Source: Chiloscyllium plagiosum (Eukaryota). From it: DNA of 64,000 bases. Positions 49,143 through 62,922 of the stretch are shown piece by piece (the first letter of the stretch is position 1; every line of letters begins with the position of its first letter). The DNA is taken from positions 74,845,889 through 74,909,888 of the forward strand of contig NC_057718.1 of the NCBI RefSeq assembly GCF_004010195.1, in the 5' to 3' direction. Below the pieces are notes generated by a model. The model was not told the origin of the DNA. It saw nothing but the letters and a program-made list of their open reading frames with translations, and did not search any database. Position numbers and translations under genes: made by a program.

Positions 49143-52100
49143 GGAGTCACAGAATCATACAATATGGAAACAGACTTTTTGGCCTATCTCATCCATGCCA
49201 ACCATGTTTCCTAAACTGAAGCAGTCTTGCCTACATTTCCCACATTCCTCTAAACTTTTTCTATCCATGTATCTGTCCAAACAACTTTTAAGTGTTGCAA
49301 TTGTACTTGGCTCTTACAGTTCCTCTCGCAGTTTGTTCCATATATGCACTACCCTTTGTAGAAAAAGTTACTCCTAAGGTCCCTTTTAAACCTTTCCCCT
49401 GTCACCATGCTCTCTAATTTGGGACTCCCTACCCTAGGGAAAAGACCTTAGCTATTCATCTGATCTATGTCACTCATGATTTTATAAACCTCTATAAGAT
49501 CACCCCTTAGCCTTATACATATCAGAGAAAAAAAATCCCAATCTATCCAGCCTTTTCTTAGAACTCAAACTCTCCAGTCATGCTAACATCCCTGTAAAGT
49601 TTTTTTTAATCCTTTCCAGTTTAATAACATCCTTCCCGTAGCAGGCCTGTGACCAGTGGTATGCTGCAAGGATCAGTGTCGGATCCACTGTTGTTCATCA
49701 TTTAAATAAACAATTTGTATGAGAATATAGGAGGCATGGTTCGTAAGTTTGTGGATGACACCAAAATTGGTGGTATAGTGGACAGTGAAGACGATTACCT
49801 AAGAGTACAATAGGATCTTAGATCAAGTTAGAGAACATGGTATCCAGGGGGAGCTAACAAATTGGATACAAAATGGACTTGAAGGTAGAAGACAGAGCAT
49901 GGTGGTGGGGGGTTGTTTTTCAGATTGATGGCCTGTAACCAGCAGTGTGCCACAAGGATCAGTGCTGGGTCCACTGCTTTTCATCATTTATATAAATGAC
50001 TTGAATGTAAATATAGGCAGTACAGCATAGTACAGGCTCTTTGGCCTTGATGTTATGTCAACCTTTTATCTAATTTTAAGATTAAACTAACCTACATACT
50101 CCTCATTGTACTATCATCCATGTGCCTATCCAAGAGTCGCTTAAGTGTCCCTAATGTATCTGACTCTACGGCCATTGCTGCAGTGCATTCCATTCTCCAC
50201 CCACCACTCTCTGTGTAAAGAAACAACCTCTGACATCTCCCCTAAATCTTCCTCCAATCACCTTAAAATTATGCCCCCTCGTGATAGCCATTTCCACCCT
50301 GGGAAAATGTCTCTGGCTATCCATGCTATCATTGCCTCTCATCATCTTGTACACCTCGATCAAGTCACCTCTCATCCTTCTTCACTCCAGTGAGAAAAGT
50401 CTGAACTCCCTCAACCTTTCTTCATAAGACATGCCCTCCATTCCAGGCAGTATCCTGGTAAATCTTCTCTGAGCCCTCTCTAAAGCTTCCATATCCTTCT
50501 TATAATGAGACAACCAGAACTGAAGACAATATTTCAAGTGTGGTCTAACCAGGGCTTTATACAACTGCAACATAACCTCGCAGCTCTTAAACTCAATCCC
50601 CCTGCTAATGAAAGCCAACACACCATAAGCTTTCTTAACAACCCTATCAACCTGGGTAGCGACTTTGAGGGATCAATGGATGTGGATCCCAAGATCCCAC
50701 TGTTCCTTCACACTATCTTTGATCCTGTAATCTGCATTCAAATTTAGCCTTTCAAAATGAATCACTTTACACTTTTCCAGGTTGAACTCCACCTGGCACG
50801 TCCATCATCTTGTCAATATTCCATTGCAACCTACAACAGCCCTCCACACTTTCCACAACTCCACCAATTTTGTGTCAACAACAAACTTATTAACCCACCC
50901 TTCCACTTTCTCATCCAAGTCATTTATAAAAATCACAAAGAGCAGAGGTCTCAGAACGGATCCCTGCAGAACACCACTGGTCATCGAGCTCCAGGCTGAA
51001 TACTTTCCATCTACTACCACCCTCTGTCTTCTATAGGCCTTCCAATTCTGTACCCAGACAGTCAAATATCCCTGTATCCCATGCCTCCTTACTTTCTGAA
51101 TGAGATTACCAAAGGGAAGCTTAACAAATACCTTGCTAAAATCCATATTTATAACATTCACTGCTCTACCTTCATCAATGTGTTTTGTCATATCCTCAAA
51201 TAATTCAATAAGGCTGTGAGGATGACCTGCTCCTCAGAAAGCCACGCTGACTGTTTCTAATCTGATCAAGGTCCCCTTGTACTATAAGATAATCTTTTTT
51301 GCTGTCTGTAAACTTACTAACCATACCAAGAATGGAAAACTTTTCCAAATAATCATAAATCCTGTCTCTCAGAATCTTCTCCAACACTTTGCCCACCACC
51401 AATGAAAGAATGACTGGTCTATAATTCCCAGGGCTATCCCTGTTTCCTCCAATCATCTGGTACTACTCCAGTGGACAGTGAAGATGCAAAGATCATCGCT
51501 AAAAGTGCAGCAATCTCTTTCCTCACTTCTCATAATAACCGTGGATATATCCCGTCTGGCCCAAGGGACTTATCTATCCATGTTTATCAAAATTTTCAGC
51601 ACATCTTCCAGCTTAACATCAACCTGTTTGAGCATATCAATCTGTTTCACACTGTCCTCACAAACAACAAGGTCCCTCTCAGTTGTGAATATTGAAGGAA
51701 AGTATTCATTAATGACCTCCCTTACCTCCTCTGACTCCAGGCACAAGTTCCTTCCACTGTCCCTGATCAGCCCTACCTACATTCTGGCCATCCTTTTGTT
51801 CCTCACATAAGTGTAGAATGTCTTGGGGTTTTCCTTAAACCAACCCACCAAGGCTTTTACATGCCCCCTTCTCGCTCTCCTAAGTCCATTCTTGGTATGG
51901 TTAGTAAGTTTGCAGATGACACCAAAATAGGTGGTTTTACAGACAGTGAAAAAGATTATCTTATAGTACAAGGGGACCTTGATCAGATGAGTCAATGACC
52001 TGAACAGTGGCAGATGGAGTTTAATTTATATAAACATGAAGTGTTGAATTTTGGTAAGGCAAACCAGAGCAGGATGTATAGAGTTAATGGTTGGACCCGG

Positions 52101-54025
52101 GGGAGAGTTGCTGAACAAAGAGCCTGAGGGGTGCAGGTGCACAATTCCTTGAAAGTGGAGTTGCAGATAGAGAGGGTGATGAAGAGGATGTTTGACACTC
52201 TTATTTTCATTTGTCAGAACACTGAGTACAGAAGTTGGGATGTTATGTTATGGCTGTACTATTGGTGAGACTACTTTTAGAATACTGCATACAATTCTGG
52301 TTGCCCTTCTATAGGAAGGATGTTGTTAAACTTGAAAGAGTGCAGAAAAGATTTACAAGGATGTTGCCATGGTTAGATGGTTTGATTTAAAGGGAGAGGC
52401 TGATTAGACTGATTAGGCTGGTGCTTTTCTCCCTGTGGCATCAGAGGCTGAGGAGTGACCTTGTAGAGATTTATAAAATCATGAGGGGTATGGATAGGGT
52501 GAATTTTCCCAGGGTGGGGAAGTCCAAAACCAGAGGGCATTGGTTTAAGGTGAGAGGAGAAACATTTAGAAGGAGCCAAAGTGATGGTATGTGTATTGAA
52601 TGAGCTGCTGGAGGAAGTGGTGGAGCTAGTACAATTACAACCTTTAAAAGGCATCTGAATAGTTATATGAATAGGGAAGATTTAGGGGGATATGGGCCAA
52701 ATGCTGGCAAGAGGGTGTAGGTCAGATTGGGATGTCTGGTTGGCAGATAAGTTGGACTGAAGATTCTGGTTCCATGCTGTATAACTCTATGAATCTATTA
52801 CTCTGTAACTGGACCAGTGGGCTGAGGAATGGTAGGTGGAGTTTAATTTAGATCAATGTGAGATGTTCCAATTTGTTGAGATTCACACAGTTAATGGTGG
52901 GGGTCTGGGCAGTGCTGTCAAACAGAGAGACCTAGAAATGCTGGTACATAGTTCCTTGAAGATGGCGTCATTGGTAGAAAAGGTGGCGAAGAAGGTGTTT
53001 GGCACATTTGCCTTCATGGGTTAGATCATTGGGGTGTCATGTTACTGGTGTACAAGACATTGATAAAGCCACATTTGAAGTATTGTGTACAATTCTGGTT
53101 GTCCTGCTATAGGAAGGTGATGGAAGTTGGTAACTGTAAAACACAAGGTGTTGTGGCCAATGGTCAGGAATGGTATGCAATGAATGACACTGACAGTGGG
53201 GTTCATGTAAACATTGCAGAGGAGTGAAGAGTGATATTTACTGAATTGGCTGAACATGGATGTCCCAGCATCCCTTCAGGAGTGATCCTGGTTTGGGGAG
53301 TGTTGCTGAACAAAGAGAGCTTGGAATGCAGGTTCAGAGTTCCTTGAAAGTTGAATCCCAGGTAGATAGGATAGTGAAGAAGGCATTTGGTACGCTTACC
53401 TTTATTGGACAGAGCATTGAGTATAGCATTTGGGAGATCATGTTGCGGCTGTACAGGACATTGGTTAGGCCATTTTTGGAATATTGTGTACAATTCTGGC
53501 CTCCCTCCTATCAGAAGGCTAATGTGAAACTTGAAAGGGTTCAGAAAAAATTTACAAGGCTGTTGCCAGGGTTGGAGGGCTTGAGCTACAAGGAGAGGCT
53601 GAATAAGCAGGAGTTGTTTTCCCTGGAGTGTTGGAGGCTGAGGGGTGACTTTATAGAGGTTTATAAAAGCATGAGAGGCATGAATAGGATAAATAGACAA
53701 GGTCTTTTCCCTGAGGTGGGGGAGTCCAGAACAAGAGGGCATAGGTTTAGGCTGAGAGGGGAACAATTTTAAAGGGACCTAAGGACCAGCTTTTTCACGC
53801 AGTGGGTGGTGCGTGTATGGAATGAGTTGCTAGAGGTAGTGGTGGAAGTTGGTACACTTCCAATATTTAAAAGGCACCTGGATGGGTATATGAATAGGAA
53901 GGTTTAGAGGGATATGGGCTAAGTGCTGGCAAATGGGACTAGATTAGATGGGATATCTGGTCGGCATGGACGAGTTGGACCAAAGGGTCTGTTTCTCTGC
54001 TGTACATCTCTATGACTCTTTGACT
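49143..54025. mobile_element. Cluster of nested CR1 fragments in both orientations
   Basis: Approximately 49143-49645(-), 49645-50020(+), 50020-51890(-), 51890-54025(+, several copies). RT motifs GVLQGSVL..LLFVIFINDL, KFADDTK, PHLEYCVQFW. Confidence 0.85.
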
Positions 54026-54420
54026 CCATATAATAAAGATAAAATAGTCATGGTGGGTAGGGTAATGGAGAAATTGATACGGACCAGACTGGGCCTTCGC
54101 ATAAATCCCACATTAACAAGGTTCGGGGGAGTGGGTGGGGTGGGTGGGGTGCAGAAAAGATTTACAAGGATGTTGCCATGGTTAGAGGGGTAGAGTGGAT
54201 CTTTGCTAATAATAAAATTTAGGGAAAAGTGTGAATACATAAACATTGGATTCATTAGTGCAGTAGCAGAGTCCCTTTCAGAATGGAGTGTGTAAAATCA
54301 TTCATCGGTAGATGAGATGGTTTAGAAAATTTTAATGGATGTGCTCCGAAGTGGACAGTCTACCTATTAATATTATTATCTTCCAGATAAGAGCTTAGCA
54401 TGAAATAATTAGGGGATACA

Positions 54421-54735
54421 CGGTGGGCGGCACGGTGGCACAGTGGTTAGCACTGCTGCCTCACAGCGCCAGAAACCCGGGTTCAATTCCCGACTCAGGC
54501 GACTGACTGTGTGGAGTTTGCACATTCTCCCCGTGTCTGCGTGGGTTTCCTCCGGGTACTCCGGTTTCCTCCCACAGTCCAAAGATGTGCAGGTTAGGTG
54601 AATTGGCCATGCTAAATTGCCCGTAGTGTTAGGAAAAGGCGTAAATGTAGGGGAATGGGTGGGTTGCGCTTTGGTGGGTCGGTGTAGACTTGTTGGGCCA
54701 AAGGGCCTGTTTCCACACTGTAAGTAATCTAATCA
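54421..54735 (+). mobile_element. HE1 SINE, full length
   Basis: Head, B box, body, tail. Confidence 0.9.
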
Positions 54736-55229
54736 TATAGATCATATCAATTTGTTTTTGGTAGAGATCCTTTGGTAAAAGCTTACTACAGTAAGCTTTC
54801 CTTTGAGTACTTGAATGTCTTACATACAGGGAGAAGGTCGTTCATTAAGGTTGATATTTCAGAGGAATTTCAGCAAGTCTCATGACATTAAATTTGGCCA
54901 TCAGAAATAAATTTTAATTCAGGGGACCTGGCGTATTTCAAAAGAGAAATACAGAAAATGTGGAAAGGTCTGGATAAGGCAGTGATGGGAAAACAATAAT
55001 TCAATAACATGGTAACAAATAATTAGAATGCATCCCTCTAATTGGCATTGATCACACCCTTATAGAATCTGAACAAATAATAGAAAATAATGCGACACCA
55101 TGCATTTCATATACACATATGTTGGAACGTTATGTGGTTCAGATTATGGTGGATGAAGAGCTGACTGAATATGAACAAAGTGACACAGAGTTGTAGGACA
55201 AGGTTATTTGCCATAGTTCACAGCTTATA

Positions 55230-55533
55230 TTAGATTAGATCACTTACAGTGTGGAAACAGGCCCTTCGGCCCAACAAGTCCACACTGACCCACAACCCAC
55301 CCAGACCCATTCCCCTACATTTATCCCTTCACCTAACACTACGGGCAATTTAGCATGGTCAATTCACCTAACCTGCACATTTTTGGACTGTGGGAGGAAA
55401 CTGGAGCACCCAGAGAAAACCCACGCAGACACGGGGAGAATGTGCAAACTCCACACAGTCAGTTGTCTGAGGCGGGAATTGAACCCAGGTCTCTGGCGCT
55501 GTGAGGCAGTAATGCTAACCACTGTGCCACCCA
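55230..55533 (-). mobile_element. HE1 SINE
   Basis: Reverse HE1. Confidence 0.9.
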
Positions 55534-56656
55534 CTGCCATGACAGAGTAATAAATGGAGAAATAGCATGATCATGGCAAGTGCAGGGAAAGCCTCTGATA
55601 ACTGCAAGCACTGGCTAAGTATATAAGTTGAGGGATAGGATTTAAGGAGGTGAACATAGAGGAGGTGAACATGGCCCTAGGAAAAGATCGAATCTTGCAA
55701 AAAGAGTTCCGATCACTGGAGGGGGAGATCTTATAATCAAAATCCAGAACAAGATAGGAAGAGGAGATAAAGGTTGTAGTCTGACAAGAACAATGGAACA
55801 AGCTGGAATATCATGAAAAGTAGAAACACTTATGATCAAGAGATTTTATTGACTACAACCAAATTAGACAGTAAATTGATAAAAAGAAGACAAACAAAAT
55901 AGTTGGAAAGCTGGAATTTGATATGCATACCAAGGTACAAGACATGGATAGCCAGTCTCAAGATAGGGATACATATTTAATAATTTTTTTGAGTTGAAGA
56001 TTGTGATCAGCACCTCCACAATTTTGACTTTCCTTCACTCAGCTACCTACTTACATCTGATCTGGACTGTCTGACTTATCTTTTCTCTCCAAGATTTTGA
56101 ACACTTCCTCTAATCTACTTTTATCTTGCACTTTATCTCACAAATTCCTTGTTTTCTACAGGCTTGGAAAACTCCTCTCTCTTGGTAAATACTGATAAAA
56201 CGTACTCATTTATTTCCTTAGCCATGCTTTTTGCCCCTACTAATAAATCTCTAATGAAATTAGAAATTGCTGGAGAAGCTCAACAGGTCTGGCAGCATTT
56301 TTAGATAAAAATCACAGCTAACGTGTCACGTTCAGAAATCCACAAATGTTGCCAGGTTTGCTAAGTTTTTCTGAAAATTTCTGTTTTTGTTTCTGATTTC
56401 CAGCATCCATAACTCTTTTGAATGGCTTTTATTTATCAATAAATCTCTATTTTGCTCCAAATGAGACCCCTGGTCTACTTATAGGGATTCTACAGTTTCT
56501 CCACCGAAACAAGAATTTCATATTCCACTGTATGCTTGGTATTAATTTACACAGCTTTATATTGTTTTTGCTTTTCTGATTTCCTTCTTCACTTCTTCGG
56601 ATTTTTCTATGCAGTCAGATTATTCCTTATATTATCACATTATATATGATATTTAA

Positions 56657-58940
56657 TATCTGGATTAGTGGTGCTGGAAAAGCACAGCAGGTCAGGCAGC
56701 ATTCGAGGACCAGTAAAATCGACGCTTCGGGTAAAAGCCCTTCATCAGGAATACAGGCAGAGTGCCTGAAGGGTGGAGAGATAAATGAGAGGAGTGTTGG
56801 GGTGGGGAGAAAGTAGCATAGAGTACAATAGGTGAGTGAGGGAGAGGGTGAAGGTGATAGGTCAGGGAGAAGGGTGGAGTGGATAGGTGGAAAAGATAGG
56901 CAGGTAAGACAAGTCATGGGGCCAGTGCTGAGCTGGAAGTTTGGAACTGGGGTGAGGTGGGGGAAGGGGAAATGAGGAAACTGTTGAAGTCCACATTGAT
57001 GCCCTGGGGTTGAAGTGTTCCGAGGCGGAAGATGAGGCGTTCTTCCTCCAGGCGTCTGGTGGTGAGGGAGCGGAGGTGNNNNNNNNNNNNNNNNNNNNNN
57101 NNNNNNNNNNNNNNNNNNNNNNNNNNNNNNNNNNNNNNNNNNNNNNNNNNNNNNNNNNNNNNNNNNNNNNNNNNNNNNNNNNNNNNNNNNNNNNNNNNNN
57201 NNNNNNNNNNNNNNNNNNNNNNNNNNNNNNNNNNNNNNNNNNNNNNNNNNNNNNNNNNNNNNNNNNNNNNNNNNNNNNNNNNNNNNNNNNNNNNNNNNNN
57301 NNNNNNNNNNNNNNNNNNNNNNNNNNNNNNNNNNNNNNNNNNNNNNNNNNNNNNNNNNNNNNNNNNNNNNNNNNNNNNNNNNNNNNNNNNNNNNNNNNNN
57401 NNNNNNNNNNNNNNNNNNNNNNNNNNNNNNNNNNNNNNNNNNNNNNNNNNNNNNNNNNNNNNNNNNNNNNNNNNNNNNNNNNNNNNNNNNNNNNNNNNNN
57501 NNNNNNNNNNNNNNNNNNNNNNNNNNNNNNNNNNNNNNNNNNNNNNNNNNNNNNNNNNNNNNNNNNNNNNNNNNNNNNNNNNNNNNNNNNNNNNNNNNNN
57601 NNNNNNNNNNNNNNNNNNNNNNNNNNNNNNNNNNNNNNNNNNNNNNNNNNNNNNNNNNNNNNNNNNNNNNNNNNNNNNNNNNNNNNNNNNNNNNNNNNNN
57701 NNNNNNNNNNNNNNNNNNNNNNNNNNNNNNNNNNNNNNNNNNNNNNNNNNNNNNNNNNNNNNNNNNNNNNNNNNNNNNNNNNNNNNNNNNNNNNNNNNNN
57801 NNNNNNNNNNNNNNNNNNNNNNNNNNNNNNNNNNNNNNNNNNNNNNNNNNNNNNNNNNNNNNNNNNNNNNNNNNNNNNNNNNNNNNNNNNNNNNNNNNNN
57901 TGTAGAGGAGACCGCTTCGGGAGCAACGGATACAATAAATGATATTGGTGGATGTGCAGGTAAAACTTTGATGTATGTGGACGGCTTCTTTAGGGGCTTG
58001 GATAGAGGTGTGGGGGGAGGTGTGGGCACAGGTTTTACAGTTCCTGCGGTGGCAGGGGAAAGTGCCAGGATGGGAGGGTGGGTCGTGGGGGGGGCGTGGA
58101 CCTGACCAGGTAGTCACGGAGGGAACGGTCTTTGCGGAAGGCGGAGAGTGGTGGGGAGGGAAATATATCCCTGGTGGTGGTGTCTGTTTGGAGGTGGCGG
58201 AAATGTCGGCAGATGATTTGCGAAGGTTGGTAGGGTGGAAGGTGGGCACCAGGGGCGTTCTGTCCTTGTTGCGGTTGGTGGGGTTGGGTCTGAGGGCGGA
58301 GGTGCGGGATGTGGATGAGATGCGTTGGAGGGCATCTTTAACCACGTGGGAAGGGAAATTGCAGTCTCTAAAGAAGGAGGCCATCTGGTATGTTCTGTGG
58401 TGGAACTGGTCCTCCTGGGAGCAGATATGGTGGTGGCGGAGGAATTGGGAATACGGGATGGCATTTTTGCAGGAGGTAGAGTGGGAAGAGGTGTAATCCA
58501 GGCAGCTGTGGGAGTCAGTGGGTTTCTAAAAATGTCGGTGTCAAGTCGGTCATCATTAATGGAGATGGAGAGGTCCAGGAAGGGGAGGGAGGTGTCAGAG
58601 ATGGTCCAGGTAAATTTAAGGTCAGGGTGGAATGTGTTGGTGAAGTTGATGAATTGCTCAACCTCCTCGCGGGAGCACGAGGTGGCACCAATGCAGTCAT
58701 CAATGTAGTGGAGGAAGAGGTGGGGAGTGGTGCCTGTGTCATTACTGAAGATGGACTGTTCTACGTAGCCATAGTTGGGCCCATATGGGTGCCCATGGCT
58801 ACCCATTTTGTCTGGAGGAACTGGGAGGATTCGAAGGAGAAATTGTTAAAGGTGAGGACCAGTTCGGCCAAACGAATGAGAGTGTCGGTGGAAGGGTACT
58901 GTTGGGGATGTCGGGAGAGGAAGAAACGGAGGGCTTGGAG
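56657..58940 (-). mobile_element. Young Penelope-like element (RT, GIY-YIG, pLTR), 5'-truncated, spans an assembly gap
   Basis: FLHYIDDCIG...FTWTISDTSLPFLDLSI; CHRRNCKTC...IIYCIRCSRSGLLY; LEEERLIFRLGTLQPQGINVDF. The pLTR reads ATTCCTGATGAAGGGCTTTTACCCGAAGCGTC on minus at about 56721-56752. Confidence 0.9.
57079..57900. other. Assembly gap (N run)
   Basis: 822 Ns. Confidence 1.
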
Positions 58941-59235
58941 TACTAATCATGTCAAGTGTCTCCAATAGGCCTAGATGGAGGCCAAGTGCAAACATCTTCA
59001 AACATCCCCTTCTCCACTTGCAGCAGGGTGTATATAGATCCAGATTAACTTAATTTCAAGTGTTTAATCACCCTCTGACCCACAACGCTGGGGTGGAAGA
59101 AAGTCATTCTTGATCCCAAGGGGTTGCCTAAGAAGACGTCATATCTCCTAACTTTCATCTATTTATGTGTGGCTGTTTGAAAAACAAACAGATATGGAGC
59201 TTAAGGAAGTTAAACTTCCAAATGTGTTTGTATAT

Positions 59236-60005
59236 CAAGGATCAGTTTTGGGACCATTGCTGTTTGTCATTTTTATAAATGACCTGGAGGAAGGGCTAGA
59301 AGGTTGGGTGAGCAAGTTTGCGGATGATACGAAAGTCGGTGGAGTTATTGACAGTGAGGAAGGATGTGTCAGGTTACAGCGGGATATAGATAAGCTGCAG
59401 AACTGGGCAGAAAGGTGGCAAATGGAGTTCAATGTAGCTAAGTGTGAGGTGATTCACTTTGATAAGAGTAACAAAAAGATGGGGTACTGGGCAAANNNNN
59501 NNNNNNNNNNNNNNNNNNNNNNNNNNNNNNNNNNNNNNNNNNNNNNNNNNNNNNNNNNNNNNNNNNNNNNNNNNNNNNNNNNNNNNNNNNNNNGTATGGT
59601 AGGAAGATCGTATGAAGAAAGGCTGAGGCAGTTGGGGCTGTTTTCATTGGAGAAAAGAGGGTTTGGGGGTGACTTGGTAGAGGTGTACAAGATGATTAGG
59701 GGTTTAGTTAGGGTTGACCATGAGAACCTTTTTCCACGTATGGAGTCAGCTATTACGAGGGGGCATAGCTTTAAATTAAGGGGTGGTAGGTATAGGACAG
59801 ATGTTAGGGGTAGATTCTTTACTTAGCGAGTCGTGAGTTCATGGAATGCCCTGCCAGTAGCAGTGGTGGACTCTCCCTCTTTATGGGCATTTAAACGGGC
59901 ATTGGATAGGCATATGGAGGATAGTGGACTAATGTAGGTTAGGTGGGCTTGGATCGGCGCAACATCGAGGGCCAAAGGGCCTGTACTGCGCTGTATTTTT
60001 CTATA
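59236..60005 (+). mobile_element. CR1 3' fragment with internal N gap (59496-59593)
   Basis: [17 protein letters not shown]...KFADDTK...; CR1 tail GAGGGCCAAAGGGCCTGTACTGCGCTGTA. Confidence 0.9.
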
Positions 60006-60286
60006 ACTAAGATGGTTTTATTGTATTGATTTGTATTGATTTGAAATACACTAATAAACTATGAAAAGCTGCTTTGCATTCAGATCTATGAGTATATCAG
60101 AGTATATCAGAATTGGTTATGGTGGGCTTTAAGCAAAATGGGGATGAATAATGCTGAAAAGAAGAGCGTTTGAAAATCTTTACATGTAATGTGGTTCAAA
60201 ATGCTGGAATGAAATGAACACAATTTGTGTGGCAGCAGCAAAGATAGGACATCAAGAATACAAGATCAGGAAGGCAAAGTAGGATT

Positions 60287-60925
60287 AGGAAAAAGGGATA
60301 GCGTTGTTACAGGAGGTAGGTTGGGAGGAGGTGTAGTCGAGGTAGCTGTGGGAGTCGGTGGGCTTGTCGCACATGTCCATGGTTAGTCGGTTGCCAGAGA
60401 TGGAGATGGTGAGATCCAGGAAGGAGAGGGACGTGTCCGAGTTGGTCCAGGTGAATTTGAGGTCGGGGTGGAAGCTGATCGTGAAGTTAGTGAACTGTTC
60501 AATCTCCTCGTAGGACCATGAGGTGGCGCCGATACAGTTATCGAAGTAACAGAGGAACAGGTGGGGGGTGGTGCCAGTGTAGGTGTGGAAGATGGACTGT
60601 TCCACGTACCCGACAAAGAGGCAGGTATAGCTAGGTCATGGCTAGCCCATGGCTACCCCTTTGGTTTGGAGGAAGTGGGAGGACTGAAAGGAGAAGTTGT
60701 CAAGGATAAGGACCGGTTCAGACAGGCGGATGAGGGTGTTGGTGGAAGAGTACTGGTTGGGACGACATGAGAGGAAGAAACCGGGGGCTTGGAGGCCTTT
60801 GTCATGGAGGAATGATGTGTACAGACATTGGATGACCATGGTGAAGGTGAGGCGTAGGGGGCTGGGGAAACAAAAGTCTTGGAGGAGGTTAAAGGCATGG
60901 GTGGTGTCCCGAATGTATAAGGAGT
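60287..60925 (-). mobile_element. PLE RT fragment
   Basis: FTMVIQCLYTS...FLQTKGVAMG...MEQSIF...FTWTNSDTSLSFLDL. Confidence 0.85.
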
Positions 60926-60934
60926 AGAAGTTGG

Positions 60935-61692
60935 GAAGTTATGTTGCAGTATACAGTACATTGATGAGGCCGCAATTGAAGTATTGTGTTCAATTTTGGT
61001 CATCTTGTTATAGGAAAGATGTAATTAAACTGGAAAGAGTGCAGAGGAAATTGACAAGGATGTTGCCTGGATTCAATGGTTAGTGTTATAGGGAGAGGTG
61101 GGACAAGCGAGGAGATTTGATCACGACAGGTATGGCTACTGTGAATGCACTCAGTCTTTTTCCAGGGTTGGGGAAGTGAGGACTAGAGGATATCAGTTTA
61201 AGGTTAGAGGGGAAAGAATAAAAGGGAACCTGAGGGCAATGCTTTTACACAGAGGATGGTACACATATGGAATGAGTTGTCAGTGGAAGTAGTTGAGACA
61301 ACATTTAAAAGGCATTTGGACAAATACATGGATAGGAAAGTTTTAGAAGGATTTGGGCCAAGTGCAAGGAATGAGGTTAGCATGGATGGACACTTTGGTT
61401 GGCATGGACCAGTTTGGGCCAATATTGCCTGTCTCTGTGCTGCAGGGGTCTATGATTCTATGACTCGAAGTTACACAGAGAATAGTCCATAAGTGGAATG
61501 AATTTCCCGGTGAAGTGGTGGATGTGAGTATAGTTATAATGTTGAAAAGACAATTTGATAAGTACATAAGTAAGAAATGTTGGGAGGGATAAGGACCAAA
61601 CGCAAGTAATTGGGGTGAGTTTAGTTTGGGATTATGATCGGCATGGAATGATTGGACTGAAGGGTTAGTTTGCATACTATATGTCTCTATGA
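60935..61692 (+). mobile_element. Two CR1 3' fragments
   Basis: ORF2 C-terminal motifs and two tails ending CTATGA(C/T)TCTATGA. Confidence 0.75.
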
Positions 61693-61834
61693 CATGTTAT
61701 GGACAGTTTCATGCTGTAAATTTTAGACTTTAATCTCAGCAAACTAAAGAAACAAGTAGCTGACAAACAAATCACTGCAAAAATATTTGAGAAAATTAAT
61801 TGGTTTGTTTCATGTCACTTAATAGTTCATGAAT

Positions 61835-62030
61835 TTAAAAATCACACAACACCAGGTTATCGTCCAACAGGTTTAATTGGAAGCACACTAGCTTTCGGAG
61901 CGACAATCACCTGATGAAGGAGCGTCGCTCCGAAAGCTAGTGTTTTTCAATTAAACCTGTTGGACTATAACCTGGTGTTGTGTGATTTTTAACTTTGTAC
62001 ACCCCAGTCCAACACTGGCATCTCCGAATC
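61835..62030. mobile_element. Fold-back family-B PLE-derived element with hammerhead core
   Basis: Inverted arm about 61835-61904 pairs with about 61922-61992. Core CAC-CTGATGA...GAAA-GCTA-GTG at 61908-61942. 13-bp flanking repeat ATAGTTCATGAAT (61822-61834, 62031-62043). Confidence 0.85.
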
Positions 62031-62591
62031 ATAGTTCATGAATGATAGCTTTGAGGATAATTATCACTTCACAGTTACAGGGTGACAGCTTGCTGATTGC
62101 CAGCTTTTTTTTAATTAACCTAAAGATCTGTGGTTTATTTTTGATTGATGCATTCAGTCAGTGAGGTATTTGACAATCAGTAAATTTATTTTGACAATTA
62201 ACAGTTATTTGAGGCAATTAGAATTTATTTCCTCTGAATCTCCTTTGAGATGTGCTTCCTTTGAGAGCTGTGACGCTACAGATGTACACTGGAAACAATT
62301 TTGATAATGTGTTATTAATTGCTCTATGACAATTAATGGTAAATAAGGATCAACCAATTATTTAGCTCAAAATACATTTCATCTCCCTTTAAAGAGCAAA
62401 AAGATAAGCATTTTCTGTATGATGATGACAGCATTTCAGGGAGGTTTAGTAAGTAAGAGCTTATAGAGCAATTGAATAAAATCTGGAATCTAATTGAGGA
62501 AATGTGTTTGACATGTTACTAAGAGAGTTATGATAGAGTTCTTTGCAGTATATCTAACCACAATCCAATTGAAAGTTGGACCAAATATTAA

Positions 62592-62915
62592 AGAATCCAT
62601 ACATTGCTGAAAGGGGCCATTCAGCCCATCAAGTGTGCACCAACCTCTGGAGAACATTCCAGCCAGACCCACCCCATCCCGTGACCCTGCATGCAGTTTT
62701 ACTATTGCTGACCCACACATCCGTGGACTGGCACAACTTTTAGCATGGCCAATTCACCTAACCTGCACATCTTTGATCTGTGGAGGAAATTGGATCACCC
62801 GGAAGAAGCCATTACAGATACAGGGAGAATGTGCAAACCACACACAGATAGTCACCCAAGGCTAGAATCAAACCTGGGTCCTTGGTGCTGTGAGGTAGCA
62901 ATGCTAACCACTCTG
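62592..62915 (-). mobile_element. Older HE1-like SINE
   Basis: Similar to the 11200-11550 subfamily. Confidence 0.8.
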
Positions 62916-62922
62916 TTAATTT

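Noticed and set aside
56627..58384. Long ORFs (310-585 aa) in the track
   Set aside because: Artefacts of translating through the N gap. The flanks are PLE sequence.
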